Under the pieces are notes generated by a model. That model searched no databases. It was not told where the DNA came from and worked only from the letters and a program-made list of their open reading frames with translations. DNA of 64,000 nucleotides. Source: Eledone cirrhosa. Lineage: Eukaryota. The stretch lies in assembly GCA_964016885.1 (NCBI GenBank), contig OZ024766.1, positions 12,834,001 to 12,898,000 of the forward strand, given 5' to 3'. Shown one piece after another: positions 15,001-30,367 of the stretch. Position 1 is the first letter of the stretch. Every line of letters starts with the position of its first letter. The position numbers and the translations under genes are program-made.

Positions 15001-18000
15001 AGGAGCTAATATCCTGGGAACTATTGCTATGTTAACTAAAGGAGCTAATATCCTGGGGACTATTGCTATGTTAACTAAAGGAGCTAATATCCTAGGGACT
15101 ATTGCTATGTTAACTAAAGGAGCTAATATCCTGGGGACTATTGCTATGTTAACTAAAGGAGTTAATATCCTGGGGACTATTGCTATGTTAACTAAAGGAG
15201 CTAATATCCTAGGGACTATTGCTATGTTAACTAAAGGACCTAATATCCTGGGGTCTATTGCTATGTTAACTAAAGGAGCTAATATCCTAGGGACTATTGC
15301 TATGTTAACTAAAGGAGCTAATATCCTGGGGACTATTGTTATGTTAACTAAAGGAGCTAATATCCTGGGGACTATTGTTATGTTAACTAAAGGAGCTAAT
15401 ATCCTGGGGACTATTGCTATGTTAACTAAAGGAGCTATTATCCTGGGGTCTTTTGCTATGTTAACTAAAGGAGCTAATATCCTAGGGACTATTGCTATGT
15501 TAACTAAAGGAGCTAATATCCTGGGGTCTATTGCTATGTTAACTAAAGGAGTTAATATCCTGGGGACTATTGCTATGTTAACTAAAGGAGCTAATATCCT
15601 AGGGACTATTGCTATGTTAACTAAAGGAGCTAATATCCTAGGGACTATTGCTATATTTAACTAAAGGAGCTAATATCCTGGGGTCTATTGCTATGTTAAC
15701 TAAAGGAGCTAATATCCTGGGGACTATTGCTATGTTAACTAAAGGAGCTAATATCCTGGGGACTATTGCTATGTTAACTAAAGGAGCTAATATCCTGGGG
15801 ACTATTGCTATGTTAACTAAAGGAGCTAATATCCTAGGGACTATTGCTATGTTAACTAAAGGAGCTAATATCCTGGGGACTATTGCTATGTTAACTAAAG
15901 GAGTTAATATCCTGGGGACTATTGCTATGTTAACTAAAGGAGCTAATATCCTAGGGACTATTGCTATGTTAACTAAAGGAGCTAATATCCTGGGGTCTAT
16001 TGCTATGTTAACTAAAGGAGCTAATATCCTAGGGACTATTGCTATGTTAACTAAAGGAACTAATATCCTGGGGACTATTGTTATGTTAACTAAAGGAGCT
16101 AATATCCTGGGGACTATTGCTATGTTAACTAAAGGAGTTAATATCCTGGGGACTATTGTTATGTTAACTAAAGGAGCTAATATCCTGGGGACTATTGCTA
16201 TGTTAACTAAAGGAGCTAATATCCTGGGGTCTATTGCTATGTTAACTAAAGGAGCTAATATCCTAGGGACTATTGCTATGTTAACTAAAGGAGCTAATAT
16301 CCTGGGGACTATTGCTATGTTAACTAAAGGAGCTAATATCCTGGGGACTATTGCTATGTTAACTAAAGGAGCTAATATCCTTGGGACTATTGCTATGTTA
16401 ACTACAGGAGCTAATATCCTGGGGACTATTGCTATGTTAACTACAGGAGCTAATATCCTAGGGACTATTGCTATGTTAACTACAGGAGCTAATATCCTGG
16501 AGATTATTGCTATGTTAACTACAGGAGCTAATATCCTGGGGACTATTGCTATGTTAACTACAGGAACTAATATCCTGGGGACTATTGCTATGTTAACTAC
16601 AGGAGCTAATATCCTAGGGACTATTGCTATGTTAACTAAAAAGCTAATATCCTGGGGACTATTGCTATGTTAACTAAAGGAGCTAATATCCTGGGGACTA
16701 TTGCTATGTTAACTAAAGGAGCTAATATCCTGGGGTCTATTGCTATGTTAACTAAAGGAGCTAATATCCTGGGGACTATTGCTATGTTAACTAAAGGAGC
16801 TAATATCCTGGGGACTATTGCTATGTTAACTAAAGGAGCTAATATCCTAGGGACTATTGCTATGTTAACTAAAGGAGCTAATATCCTAGGGACTATTGCT
16901 ATGTTAACTAGAGGAGCTAATATCCTAGGGACTATTGCTATGTTAACTAAAGGAGCTAATATACTGGGGTCTATTGCTATGTTAACTAAAGGAGCTAATA
17001 TCCTGGGGACTATTGCTATATTAACTAAAGGAGCTAATATCCTGGGGACTATTGCTATGTTAACTAAAGGAGCTAATATCCTGGGGACTATTGCTATGTT
17101 AACTAAAGGAGCTAATATCCTGGGGACTATTGCTATGTTAACTACAGGAGCTAATATCCTGGGGACTATTGCTATGTTAACTAAAGGAGCTAATATCCTG
17201 GGGACTATTGCTATGTTAACTAAAGGAGCTAATATCCTAGGGACTATTGCTATGTTAACTAAAGGAGCTAATATCCTAGGGACTATTGCTATGTTAACTA
17301 GAGGAGCTAATATCCTAGGGACTATTGCTATGTTAACTAAAGGAGCTAATATCCTGGGGTCTATTGCTATGTTAACTAAAGGAGCTAATATCCTGGGGAC
17401 TATTGCTATGTTAACTAAAGGAGTTAATATCCTGGGGACTATTGTTATGTTAACTAAAGGAGCTAATATCCTAGGGACTATTGCTATGTTAACTAAAGGA
17501 GCTAATATCCTGGGGACTATTGCTATGTTAACTAAAGGAGCTAATATCCTGGGGACTATTGCTATGTTAAGTAAAGGAGCTAATATCCTAGGGACTATTG
17601 CTATGTTAACTAAAGGAGCTAATATCCTGGGGACTATTGCTATGTTAACTAAAGGAGCTAATATCCTGGGGACTATTGCTATGTTAAGTAAAGGAGCTAA
17701 TATCCTAGGGACTATTGCTATGTTAACTAAAGGAGCTAATATCCTGGGGACTATTGTTATGTTAACTAAAGGAGCTAATATCCTGGGGACTATTGTTATG
17801 TTAACTAAAGGAGCTAATATCCTGGGGACTATTGCTATGTTAACTAAAGGAGCTAATATCCTGGGGTCTTTTGCTATGTTAACTAAAGGAGCTAATATCC
17901 TAGGGACTATTGCTATGTTAACTAAAGGAGCTAATATCCTGGGGTCTATTGCTATGTTAACTAAAGGAGTTAATATCCTGGGGACTATTGCTATGTTAAC

Positions 18001-21000
18001 TAAAGGAGCTAATATCCTAGGGACTATTGCTATGTTAACTAAAGGAGCTAATATCCTAGGGACTATTGCTATATTTAACTAAAGGAGCTAATATCCTGGG
18101 GTCTATTGCTATGTTAACTAAAGGAGCTAATATCCTGGGGACTATTGCTATGTTAACTAAAGGAGCTAATATCCTGGGGACTATTGCTATGTTAACTAAA
18201 GGAGCTAATATCCTGGGGACTATTGCTATGTTAACTAAAGGAGCTAATATCCTAGGGACTATTGCTATGTTAACTAAAGGAGCTAATATCCTGGGGACTA
18301 TTGCTATGTTAACTAAAGGAGTTAATATCCTGGGGACTATTGCTATGTTAACTAAAGGAGCTAATATCCTAGGGACTATTGCTATGTTAACTAAAGGAGC
18401 TAATATCCTGGGGTCTATTGCTATGTTAACTAAAGGAGCTAATATCCTAGGGACTATTGCTATGTTAACTAAAGGAGCTAATATCCTGGGGACTATTGTT
18501 ATGTTAACTAAAGGAGCTAATATCCTGGGGACTATTGCTATGTTAACTAAAGGAGTTAATATCCTGGGGACTATTGTTATGTTAACTAAAGGAGCTAATA
18601 TCCTGGGGACTATTGCTATGTTAACTAAAGGAGCTAATATCCTGGGGTCTATTGCTATGTTAATTAAAGGAGCTAATATCCTAGGGACTATTGCTATGTT
18701 AACTAAAGGAGCTAATATCCTGGGGACTATTGCTATGTTAACTAAAGGAGCTAATATCCTGGGGACTATTGCTATGTTAACTAAAGGAGCTAATATCCTG
18801 GGGACTATTGCTATGTTAACTACAGGAGCTAATATCCTGGGTACTATTGCTATGTTAACTACAGGAGCTAATATCCTAGGGACTATTGCTATGTTAACTA
18901 CAGCAGCTAATATCCTGGGGACTATTGCTATGTTAACTACAGGAGCTAATATCCTGGGGACTATTGCTATGTTAACTACAGGAGCTAATATCCTGGGGAC
19001 TATTGCTATGTTAACTACAGGAGCTAATATCCTGGGGACTATTGCTATGTTAACTACAGGAGCTAATATCCTGGGGACTATTGCTATGTTAACTACAGGA
19101 GCTAATATCCTAGGGACTATTGCTATGTTAACTAAAAAGCTAATATCCTGGGGACTATTGCTATGTTAACTAAAGGAGCTAATATCCTGGGGACTATTGC
19201 TATGTTAACTAAAGGAGCTAATATCCTGGGGTCTATTGCTATGTTAACTAAAGGAGCTAATATCCTGGGGACTATTGCTATGTTAACTAAAGGAGCTAAT
19301 ATCCTGGGGACTATTGCTATGTTAACTAAAGGAGCTAATATCCTAGGGACTATTGCTATGTTAACTAAAGGAGCTAATATCCTAGGGACTATTGCTATGT
19401 TAACTAGAGGAGCTAATATCCTAGGGACTATTGCTATGTTAACTAAAGGAACTAATATCCTGGGGTCTATTGCTATGTTAACTAAAGGAGCTAATATCCT
19501 GGGGACTATTGCTATGTTAACTAAAGGAGCTAATATCCTGGGGACTATTGCTATGTTAACTAAAGGAGCTAATATCCTGGGGACTATTGCTATGTTAACT
19601 AAAGGAGCTAATATCCTGGGGACTATTGCTATGTTAACTACAGGAGCTAATATCCTGGGGACTATTGCTATGTTAACTACAGGAGCTAATATCCTAGGGA
19701 CTATTGCTATGTTAACTACAGAAGCTAATATCCTGGGGACTATTGCTATGTTAACTACAGGAGCTAATATCCTGGGGACTATTGCTATGTTAACTACAGG
19801 AGTTAATATCCTGGGGACTATTGCTATGTTAACTACAGGAGCTAATATCCTGGGGACTATTGCTATGTTAACTACAGGAGCTAATATCCTAGGGACTATT
19901 GCTATGTTAACTACAGGAGCTAATATCCTGGGGACTATTGCTATGTTAACTAAAGGAGCTAATATCCTAGGGACTATTGCTATGTTAACTAAAGGAGCTA
20001 ATATCCTGGGGACTATTGCTATGTTAACTAAAGGAGCTAATATCCTGGGGACTATTGCTATGTTAACTACAGGAGTTAATATCCTGGGGACTATTGCTAT
20101 GTTAACTAAAGGAGCTAATATCCTGGGGACTATTGCTATGTTAACTAAAGGAGCTAATATCCTGGGGACTATTGCTATGTTAACTACAGGAGCTAATATC
20201 CTGGGGACTATTGCTATGTTAACTAAAGGAGCTAATATCCTGGGGTCTATTGCTATGTTAACTAAATGAGCTAATATCCTAGGGACTATTGCTATGTTAA
20301 CTAAAGGAGCTAATATCCTGGGGACTATTGCTATGTTAACTACAGGAGCTAATATCCTGGGGACTATTGCTATGTTAACTAAAGGAGCTAATATCCTGGG
20401 GACTATTGCTATGTTAACTACAGGAGTTAATATCCTAGGGACTATTGCTATGTTAACTAAAGGAGCTAATATCCTGGGGACTATTGCTATGTTAACTAAA
20501 AGAGCTAATATCCTAGGGACTATTGCTATGTTAACTAAAGGAGCTAATATCCTGGGGACTATTGCTATGTTAACTACAGGAGCTAATATCCTAGGGACTA
20601 TTGCTATGTTAACTAAAAAGCTAATATCCTGGGGACTATTGCTATGTTAACTAAAGGAGCTAATATCCTGGGGACTATTGCTATGTTAACTAAAGGAGCT
20701 AATATCCTGGGGTCTATTGCTATGTTAACTAAAGGAGCTAATATCCTGGGGACTATTGCTATGTTAACTAAAGGAGCTAATATCCTGGGGACTATTGCTA
20801 TGTTAACTAAAGGAGCTAATATCCTAGGGACTATTGCTATGTTAACTAAAGGAGCTAATATCCTAGGGACTATTGCTATGTTAACTACAGGAGCTAATAT
20901 CCTAGGGACTATTGCTATTTTAACTAAAGGAGCTAATATCCTGGGGTCTATTGCTATGTTAACTAAAGGAGCTAATATCCTGGGGACTATTGCTATGTTA

Positions 21001-24000
21001 ACTAAAGGAGCTAATATCCTGGGGACTATTGCTATGTTAACTAAAGGAGCTAATATCCTGGGGACTATTGCTATGTTAACTAAAGGAGCTAATATCCTGG
21101 GGACTATTGCTATGTTAACTAAAGGAGCTAATATCCTGGGGACTATTGCTATGTTAACTACAGGAGCTAATATCCTGGGGACGATTGCTATGTTAATTAC
21201 AGGAGCTAATATCCTAGGGACTATTGCTATGTTAACTACAGGAGCTAATATCCTGGGGACTATTGCTATGTTAACTACAGGAGCTAATATCCTGGGGACT
21301 ATTGCTATGTTAACTAAAGGAGCTAATATCTTGGGGACTATTGCTATGTTAACTAAAGGAGCTAATATCCTGGGGTCTATTGCTATGTTAACTAAAGGAG
21401 CTAATATCCTGGGGACTATTGCTATGTTAACTACAGGAGCTAATATCCTGGGGACTATTGCTATGTTAACTAAAGGAGCTAATATCCTGGGGACTATTGC
21501 TATGTTAACTACAGGAGCTAATATCCTAGGGACTATTGCTATGTTAACTACAGGAGCTAATATCCTAGGGACTATTGCTATGTTAACTAAAGGAGCTAAT
21601 ATCCTAGGGACTATTGCTATGTTAACTACAGGAGCTAATATCCTAGGGACTATTGCTATGTTAACTACAGGAGCTAATATCCTGGGGACTATTGCTATGT
21701 TAACTAAAGGAGCTAATATCCTAGGGACTATTGCTATGTTACCTACAGTTGCTAATATCCTGGGGACTATTGCTATGTTAACTAAAGGAGCTAATATCCT
21801 AGGGACTATTGCTATGTTAACTACAGGAGCTAATATCCTGGGGACTATTGCTATGTTAACTACAGGAGCTAATATCCTGGGGACTATTGCTATGTTAACT
21901 ACAGGAGCTAATATCCTAGGGACTATTGCTATGTTAACTACAGGAGCTAATATCCTAGGGACTATTGCTATGTTAACTACAGGAGCTAATATCCTGGGGA
22001 CTATTGCTATGTTAACTAAAGGAGCTAATATCCTAGGGACTATTGCTATGTTAACTACAGGAGCTAATATCCTGGGGACTATTGCTATGTTAACTAAAGG
22101 AACTAATATCCTAGGGACTATTGCTATGTTAAATACAGGAGCTAATATCCTGGGGACTATTGCTATGTTAACTACAGGAGCTAATATCCTGGGGACTATT
22201 GCTATGTTAACTACAGGAGCTAATATCCTAGGGACTATTGCTATGTTAACTAAAGGAGCTAATATCCTAGGGACTATTGCTATGTTAACTACGGGAGCTA
22301 ATATCCTAGGGACTATTGCTATGTTAACTACAGGAGCTAATATCCTAGGGACTATTGCTAAGTTAACTACAGGAGCTAATATCCTAGGGACTATTGCTAT
22401 GTTAACTAAAGGAGCTAATATGCTAGGGACTATTGCTATGTTAACTAAAGGAGCTAATATCCTAGGAACTATTGCTATGTTAACTACAGGAGCTAATATC
22501 CTGGGGACTATTGCTATGTTAACTACAGGAGCTAATATCCTGGGGACTATTGCTATGTTAACTAAAGGAGCTAATATCCTGGGGACTATTGCTATGTTAA
22601 CTAAAGGAGCTAATAACCTGGGGACTATTGCTATGTTAACTAAAGGAGCTAATATCCTGGGGTCTATTGCTATGTTAACTACAGGAGCTAATATCCTGGG
22701 GACTATTGCTGTGTTAACTAAAGGAGCTAATATCCTGGGGACTATTGCTATGTTAACTACAGGAGCTAATATCCTGGGGACTATTGCTATGTTAACTAAA
22801 GGAGCTAATATCCTGGGGACTATTGCTATGTTAACTACAGGAGCTAATATCCTGGGGACTATTGATATCTTAACTAAAGGAGCTAATATCCTGGGGACTA
22901 TTGCTATGTTAACTACAGGAGCTAATATCCTGGGGACTATTGCTATGTTAACTACAGGAGCTAATATCCTAGGGACTATTGCTATGTTAACTACAGGAGC
23001 TAATATCCTAGGGACTATTGCTATGTTAACTACAGGAGCTAATATCCTAGGGACTATTGCTATGTTAACTACAGGAGCTAATATCCTAGGGACTATTGCT
23101 ATGTTAACTAAAGGAGCTAATATCCTGGGGACTATTGCTATGTTAACTAAAAGAGCTAATATCCTAGGGACTATTGCTATGTTAACTAAAGGAGCTAATA
23201 TCCTGGGGACTATTGCTATGTTAACTACAGGAGCTAATATCCTAGGGACTATTGCTATGTTAACTAAAAGAGCTAATATCCTGGGGACTATTGCTATATT
23301 AACTAAAGGAGCTAATATCCTGGGGACTATTGCTATGTTAACTAAAGGAGCTAATATCCTGGGGTCTATTGCTATGTTAACTACAGGAGCTAATATCCTG
23401 GGGACTATAGCTATGTTAACTAAAGGAGCTAATATCCTGGGGACTATTGCTATGTTAACTACAGGAGCTAATATCCTAGGGACTATTGCTATGTTAACTA
23501 AAGGACCTAATATCCTGGGGTCTATTGCTATGTTAACTAAAGGAGCTAATATCCTAGGGACTATTGCTATGTTAACTAAAGGAGCTAATATCCTGGGGAC
23601 TATTGTTATGTTAACTAAAGGAGCTAATATCCTGGGGACTATTGTTATGTTAACTAAAGGAGCTAATATCCTGGGGACTATTGCTATGTTAACTAAAGGA
23701 GCTAATATCCTGGGGTCTTTTGCTATGTTAACTAAAGGAGCTAATATCCTAGGGACTATTGCTATGTTAACTAAAGGAGCTAATATCCTGGGGTCTATTG
23801 CTATGTTAACTAAAGGAGTTAATATCCTGGGGACTATTGCTATGTTAACTAAAGGAGCTAATATCCTAGGGACTATTGCTATATTTAACTAAAGGAGCTA
23901 ATATCCTGGGGTCTATTGCTATGTTAACTAAAGGAGCTAATATCCTGGGGACTATTGCTATGTTAACTAAAGGAGCTAATATCCTGGGGACTATTGCTAT

Positions 24001-24748
24001 GTTAACTAAAGGAGCTAATATCCTGGGGACTATTGCTATGTTAACTAAAGGAGCTAATATCCTAGGGACTATTGCTATGTTAACTAAAGGAGCTAATATC
24101 CTGGGGACTATTGCTATGTTAACTAAAGGAGTTAATATCCTGGGGACTATTGCTATGTTAACTAAAGGAGCTAATATCCTAGGGACTATTGCTATGTTAA
24201 CTAAAGGAGCTAATATCCTGTGGTCTATTGCTATGTTAACTAAAGGAGCTAATATCCTAGGGACTATTGCTATGTTAACTAAAGGAGCTAATATCCTGGG
24301 GACTATTGTTATGTTAACTAAAGGAGCTAATATCCTGGGGACTATTGCTATGTTAACTAAAGGAGTTAATATCCTGGGGACTATTGTTATGTTAACTAAA
24401 GGAGCTAATATCCTGGGGACTATTGCTATGTTAACTAAAGGAGCTAATATCCTGGGGTCTATTGCTATGTTAACTAAAGGAGCTAATATCCTAGGGACTA
24501 TTGCTATGTTAACTAAAGGAGCTAATATCCTGGGGTCTATTGCTATGTTAACTAAAGGAGTTAATATCCTGGGGACTATTGCTATTTTAACTAAAGGAGC
24601 TAATATCCTAGGGACTATTGCTATGTTAACTAAAGGAGCTAATATCCTAGGGACTATTGCTATGTTAACTAAAGGAGCTAATATCCTGGGGTCTATTGCT
24701 ATGTTAACTAAAGGAGCTAATATCCTGGGGTCTATTGCTATGTTAACT
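1..24748. repeat. 39-bp tandem satellite, ~635 monomers, consensus GGGACTATTGCTATGTTAACTA(A/C)AGGAGCTAATATCCT(G/A); open at window start
   Basis: Uninterrupted 39-bp periodicity; two common polymorphic sites plus private variants and 1-bp indels; ends at TGTTAACT 24748. Confidence 0.99.
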
Positions 24749-25195
24749 GTGGTGGGAAAGCTATTCCACTTAACGCAGCTCTGCTGATTCACTCAAAGCC
24801 GTGCATCAATCTTTGTGGTATAAACCATTCGCCAAGCTGGAGCTTCATCTGGTATGTCCGTCTTCCTCCCAATCACTGCGAAAGACGCAGCCTACAAAAA
24901 CGCCACCTCGGAAACGCATCTGACATCACTCCTCCTCCACCTCCGGTCAAGCGTCCCCAGCTTCTGATCTCCTCCTCCACACAGCTCCCCCCCTCCTGAT
25001 CCCAAGGATCAATGTCCCCCTCAGACTGCTGCATGTAATAATCTGCCGTCCACCCAGGCAGTCGGCGATCCCGTCGCGATCTCTGTAATGTTGGGGCGGC
25101 GCTTTCTATTTCCTCTTCCGGTTCCTCGGAGTCCATCAACACAACGATTCTACGGACATCCAGGACGTGACATGGCACTCCGTTCACAGACACTA
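24748..25195 (-). mobile_element. Gypsy LTR retrotransposon 3' fragment (integrase C-terminus, PPT, 3' LTR ~24748-24983)
   Basis: ORF 24873-25202 (VSVNGVPCHVLDVRRIVV..SAAPTL) is homologous to 58590-58973; LTR TG..CA resembles 58262-58507; purine tract GGAGGGGGGGAGC on - strand abuts the LTR. Confidence 0.85.
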
Positions 25196-25860
25196 AACAC
25201 AATAACAGGAAAAATTATTTTGTTTAACACACCCCTTCTCTCTAACTGTTAAAATTAATGTAGGAAGAAAATTCCTCGACCTCCTAGACAAACATTTTCC
25301 CCCTAATCATAGATATAATAAGATATTTAATAGAAATGTAGTCAAAATCAGTTACTCTTGCTGCAGATCAATGAAGACTAAAATTACCAACTCTAATCGT
25401 ATGAGAGTAAATCCAGGATGCAGTTGCAGGAAGCCGGAAGAATGCCCATTACAGGGTAAATGTAATACCAAATCCATTGTGTATGAGGCCAAATTGACAC
25501 TGGTGATTAATAACCAGCCAGCCAGGATTGAACGATATGTTGGCTTGACTCAGGATAGATTCAAAATCAGGTATTATGCACATGCCGCTTCTTTCAAACA
25601 CCCTGAAAAAAGAACAGCAACAGCGCTGGCAAATAAAGTGTGGGAATTCTAAGACAAAAACATTCCGTACACTATTGATTGGTCTATTTTAGAGACCATT
25701 CAAGAGAATACCAAAGGGGCACAAAGAAATGTTCTTTGTGCACCATGAAAAAATTCTCCAAAACTTGAAAGCCCCTTCCACTTGCCTCAACTGCAAGATC
25801 GAGATCTTCAGATGTTGTCCACATCTGAAATCGTATCTACTTTTTAACTGGATTAACAGT
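25196..25860 (+). mobile_element. Penelope-like element remnant: linker and GIY-YIG endonuclease, decayed
   Basis: Translates LFNTPFS..VGRKFLDLLDKHFP..KISYSC..CSCRKPEECPLQGKC..SIVYEA..YVGLT..FKIRY..H; stop at 25650 and frameshifts afterwards. Confidence 0.85.
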
Positions 25861-26999
25861 CCTACGATTACTCAGCCACCTTGAGCTTCTTCTTTACTCA
25901 TCACGCCCTCCACTCACCACGAATATTATTACCTTATGAACTCATACTTCCTAACCATATATACTTTTTCTCCCTCATCTTCTTCTATATATCTCTTTAT
26001 TTTTATTTTTATCATTTTTTTCAGTTGACTTATAATCCCCCTACTTTCTACCTTACCTTTTACACATACACACCCACCACCTTTATCCTTTATTCAGATC
26101 ACTTTTTAACCAGATACTCTTATCTAGATCTCATCACAAACCTTTTACAACACTTTTTTCCCTTACCTGTTCTTAATAATTGTGTTTATTATTTTATTTC
26201 AATTTTACTCCCCTTTTGTCCTTACTTACCCACTAGGTTTTTTAATGTACTCACATGGGGTTGTGTGCGGGCGGATATGCAGACAGAATTATGTTGCTAA
26301 ACTGCCAAGCTATTTCGTCCGATTACGTTCTGGTTTCAAATATTTCTTCACAGTTCTCTATAAACTTTTCTGGCTTTTCTTTTGAGAATATATGGTGTAT
26401 TTTCAATCAATTTGTTTTGATTAAAGTTTAAGCAAAGAATCGCTGCTTTCACCCTTAACTGGATCTTCTGAAACTAAAAAAATCAATCTGTGAATGCAGA
26501 AGTAAATATTTCGAAAAACGTTGCAACCGAAGGAAAACAGGAAGACGATATTTTGGTTGAATGGAAAATAGCGAAGATAATACGTCAGCAATGAGAACAA
26601 TAGAGTAAGTTAAATATACATGCTCTACTTATTTCCTCAATGCATCACCATTTGAAATTTGAAAATGACAGAACCACAAACGCTGAAAATAACTGTAATC
26701 TTTTCATCTGGTGCATCAAAAATAGCAGAGGAGAAAGTAGCTACAAACATGTTCTATCAAGAAGACTTCCGACGTATTCATATATATCAAATTCCAACAA
26801 AATCGAATGGAAACTGTGGAAATACATCGCCTATATACAGACAGATATTTTAGTTTATATAGAGAGAAATTATTGTGAATAATTTTAATCATCAACTACA
26901 AACTTGTTTATAAACATCAGTTCATTTTATCTCTGGAAAATTTTCTTATCAAAACAAGGAACGACAATTGTTAATGCTATATGTTTCCTGAACTTTAAT

Positions 27000-27063
27000 A
27001 GTGATAATTGTTTCTTCTTTTGGCACAAGGCCAGCAATTATCCCAGTGCATTACTGGTACTTT
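27000..27063 (-). mobile_element. SINE 3' fragment (family of 47258-47444)
   Basis: Reverse complement matches AAAGTACCAGTAAT..CACTGGG..AATTGCTGGCCTTGTGCCAAAAG. Confidence 0.7.
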
Positions 27064-28024
27064 AATAGTGATAATGTGGTTTAAAAGCTTCCAGTTATTT
27101 CCGACGGTATGCCAAGTATCTTTGTAACGATAACAATTCTGTTCCACCTTTTTGTCGATGACACTCCGTGTCCAAATATACCACAAAATATTCGGCCATT
27201 CTCGTATATTGTTTGAATATTAATGGGAAACTGCAGACACTTTGGAGTGGGACTGTGTGAAATTTATAAACTCTAGTATGTTTTGATAAATCTAAGTGTT
27301 GACAGCCAATTTTTTAAGCTTTAATTGATACAATTCTGCTTCAGTCAGTTTCCATTATCTCATTGTAGGTAAAGTGCCGTAGAAATAATAATGTTTTAAC
27401 TATATTGACGTATTCTGTGAGATTATTATTACTAATAATAATAATAATAATAATAATAATATATATATATATATATATATATTTATTTATTAAAATGACG
27501 GATTAAAGTTTAAGCAAAGAATCGCTGCTTTCACCATTAACGTGATCTGAAACTTGTCGCGATTTTTCATTCAAATTGCAAGCCATATAGATATGTAGTG
27601 ACGCCATCCTAAAACACGGCGTGATTGGGGTGTTTTAAATCTAGCGCACGTATCTTTCTAGGTGGGAATACAGTGGATTTCCTGGAAATTAAATATTTCA
27701 TTTCATGAGAAACTACGCCACATCATGAATTGGTTGTTCCACATGTTACAGGACAGTGAGAAATAGGTTTAAATCACCAGCATCTGAACAATTAGCTTTC
27801 CTGGTCTTTCTTGACTTTACATTTGGACTTGAAATATAAAGTACGTATTATTTGTATTGTTAACACAGAAGATATTGTGTACTTTTCTACACTCCAGGTA
27901 AAACAATCCTCATTTATTAAGACACAAACACACACACATTCTCTCTCTTACACTTTCTTATACCTACATCAGTCTTACACAGTCATATATCTTCAGAACT
28001 TCGTAGAATTCTTCAAGAATTACT

Positions 28025-30110
<2,086 letters not shown>

Positions 30111-30367
30111 CAGTTACTTATACACAAACACACAGAGGAAAGAAAGTTTTCTAACTGTGAAACATGAGACATCCTTCCTCTTATAAATCTAAACTTATTT
30201 TCCACCAATATCAAATGTGAATACTTGGCAGTTTGATAGACTCAAAACACTGCTGGCCATTTTTACAAATATATTTTTATTTGAAATTGAAATCTTTCTC
30301 TGATCTATTCTTGACTTTTTGAATTAATTTTAAATCTATGCCAGAAATTTACGCATTGGTTTGTCAA

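Noticed and set aside
1-24748. CRISPR array
   Set aside because: Head-to-tail monomers without unique spacers; no cas genes; eukaryotic context.
14-24787. Giant ORFs of (MLT[K/T]GANILGTIA)n, superficially ankyrin-like (KGAN)
   Set aside because: 39 is a multiple of 3 with one stop-free frame; stops and +/-1 indels are propagated through the array; ankyrin repeats are 33 aa; no unique N- or C-terminal domain.
26308-26319. AGCTATTTCGTC (11/12 match to the tRNA-Phe-type PBS) after ..GCCA; also CTATTTCGGC at ~35804
   Set aside because: No demonstrable LTR or gag adjacent; may be chance. Noted as a caution for the PBS finding.
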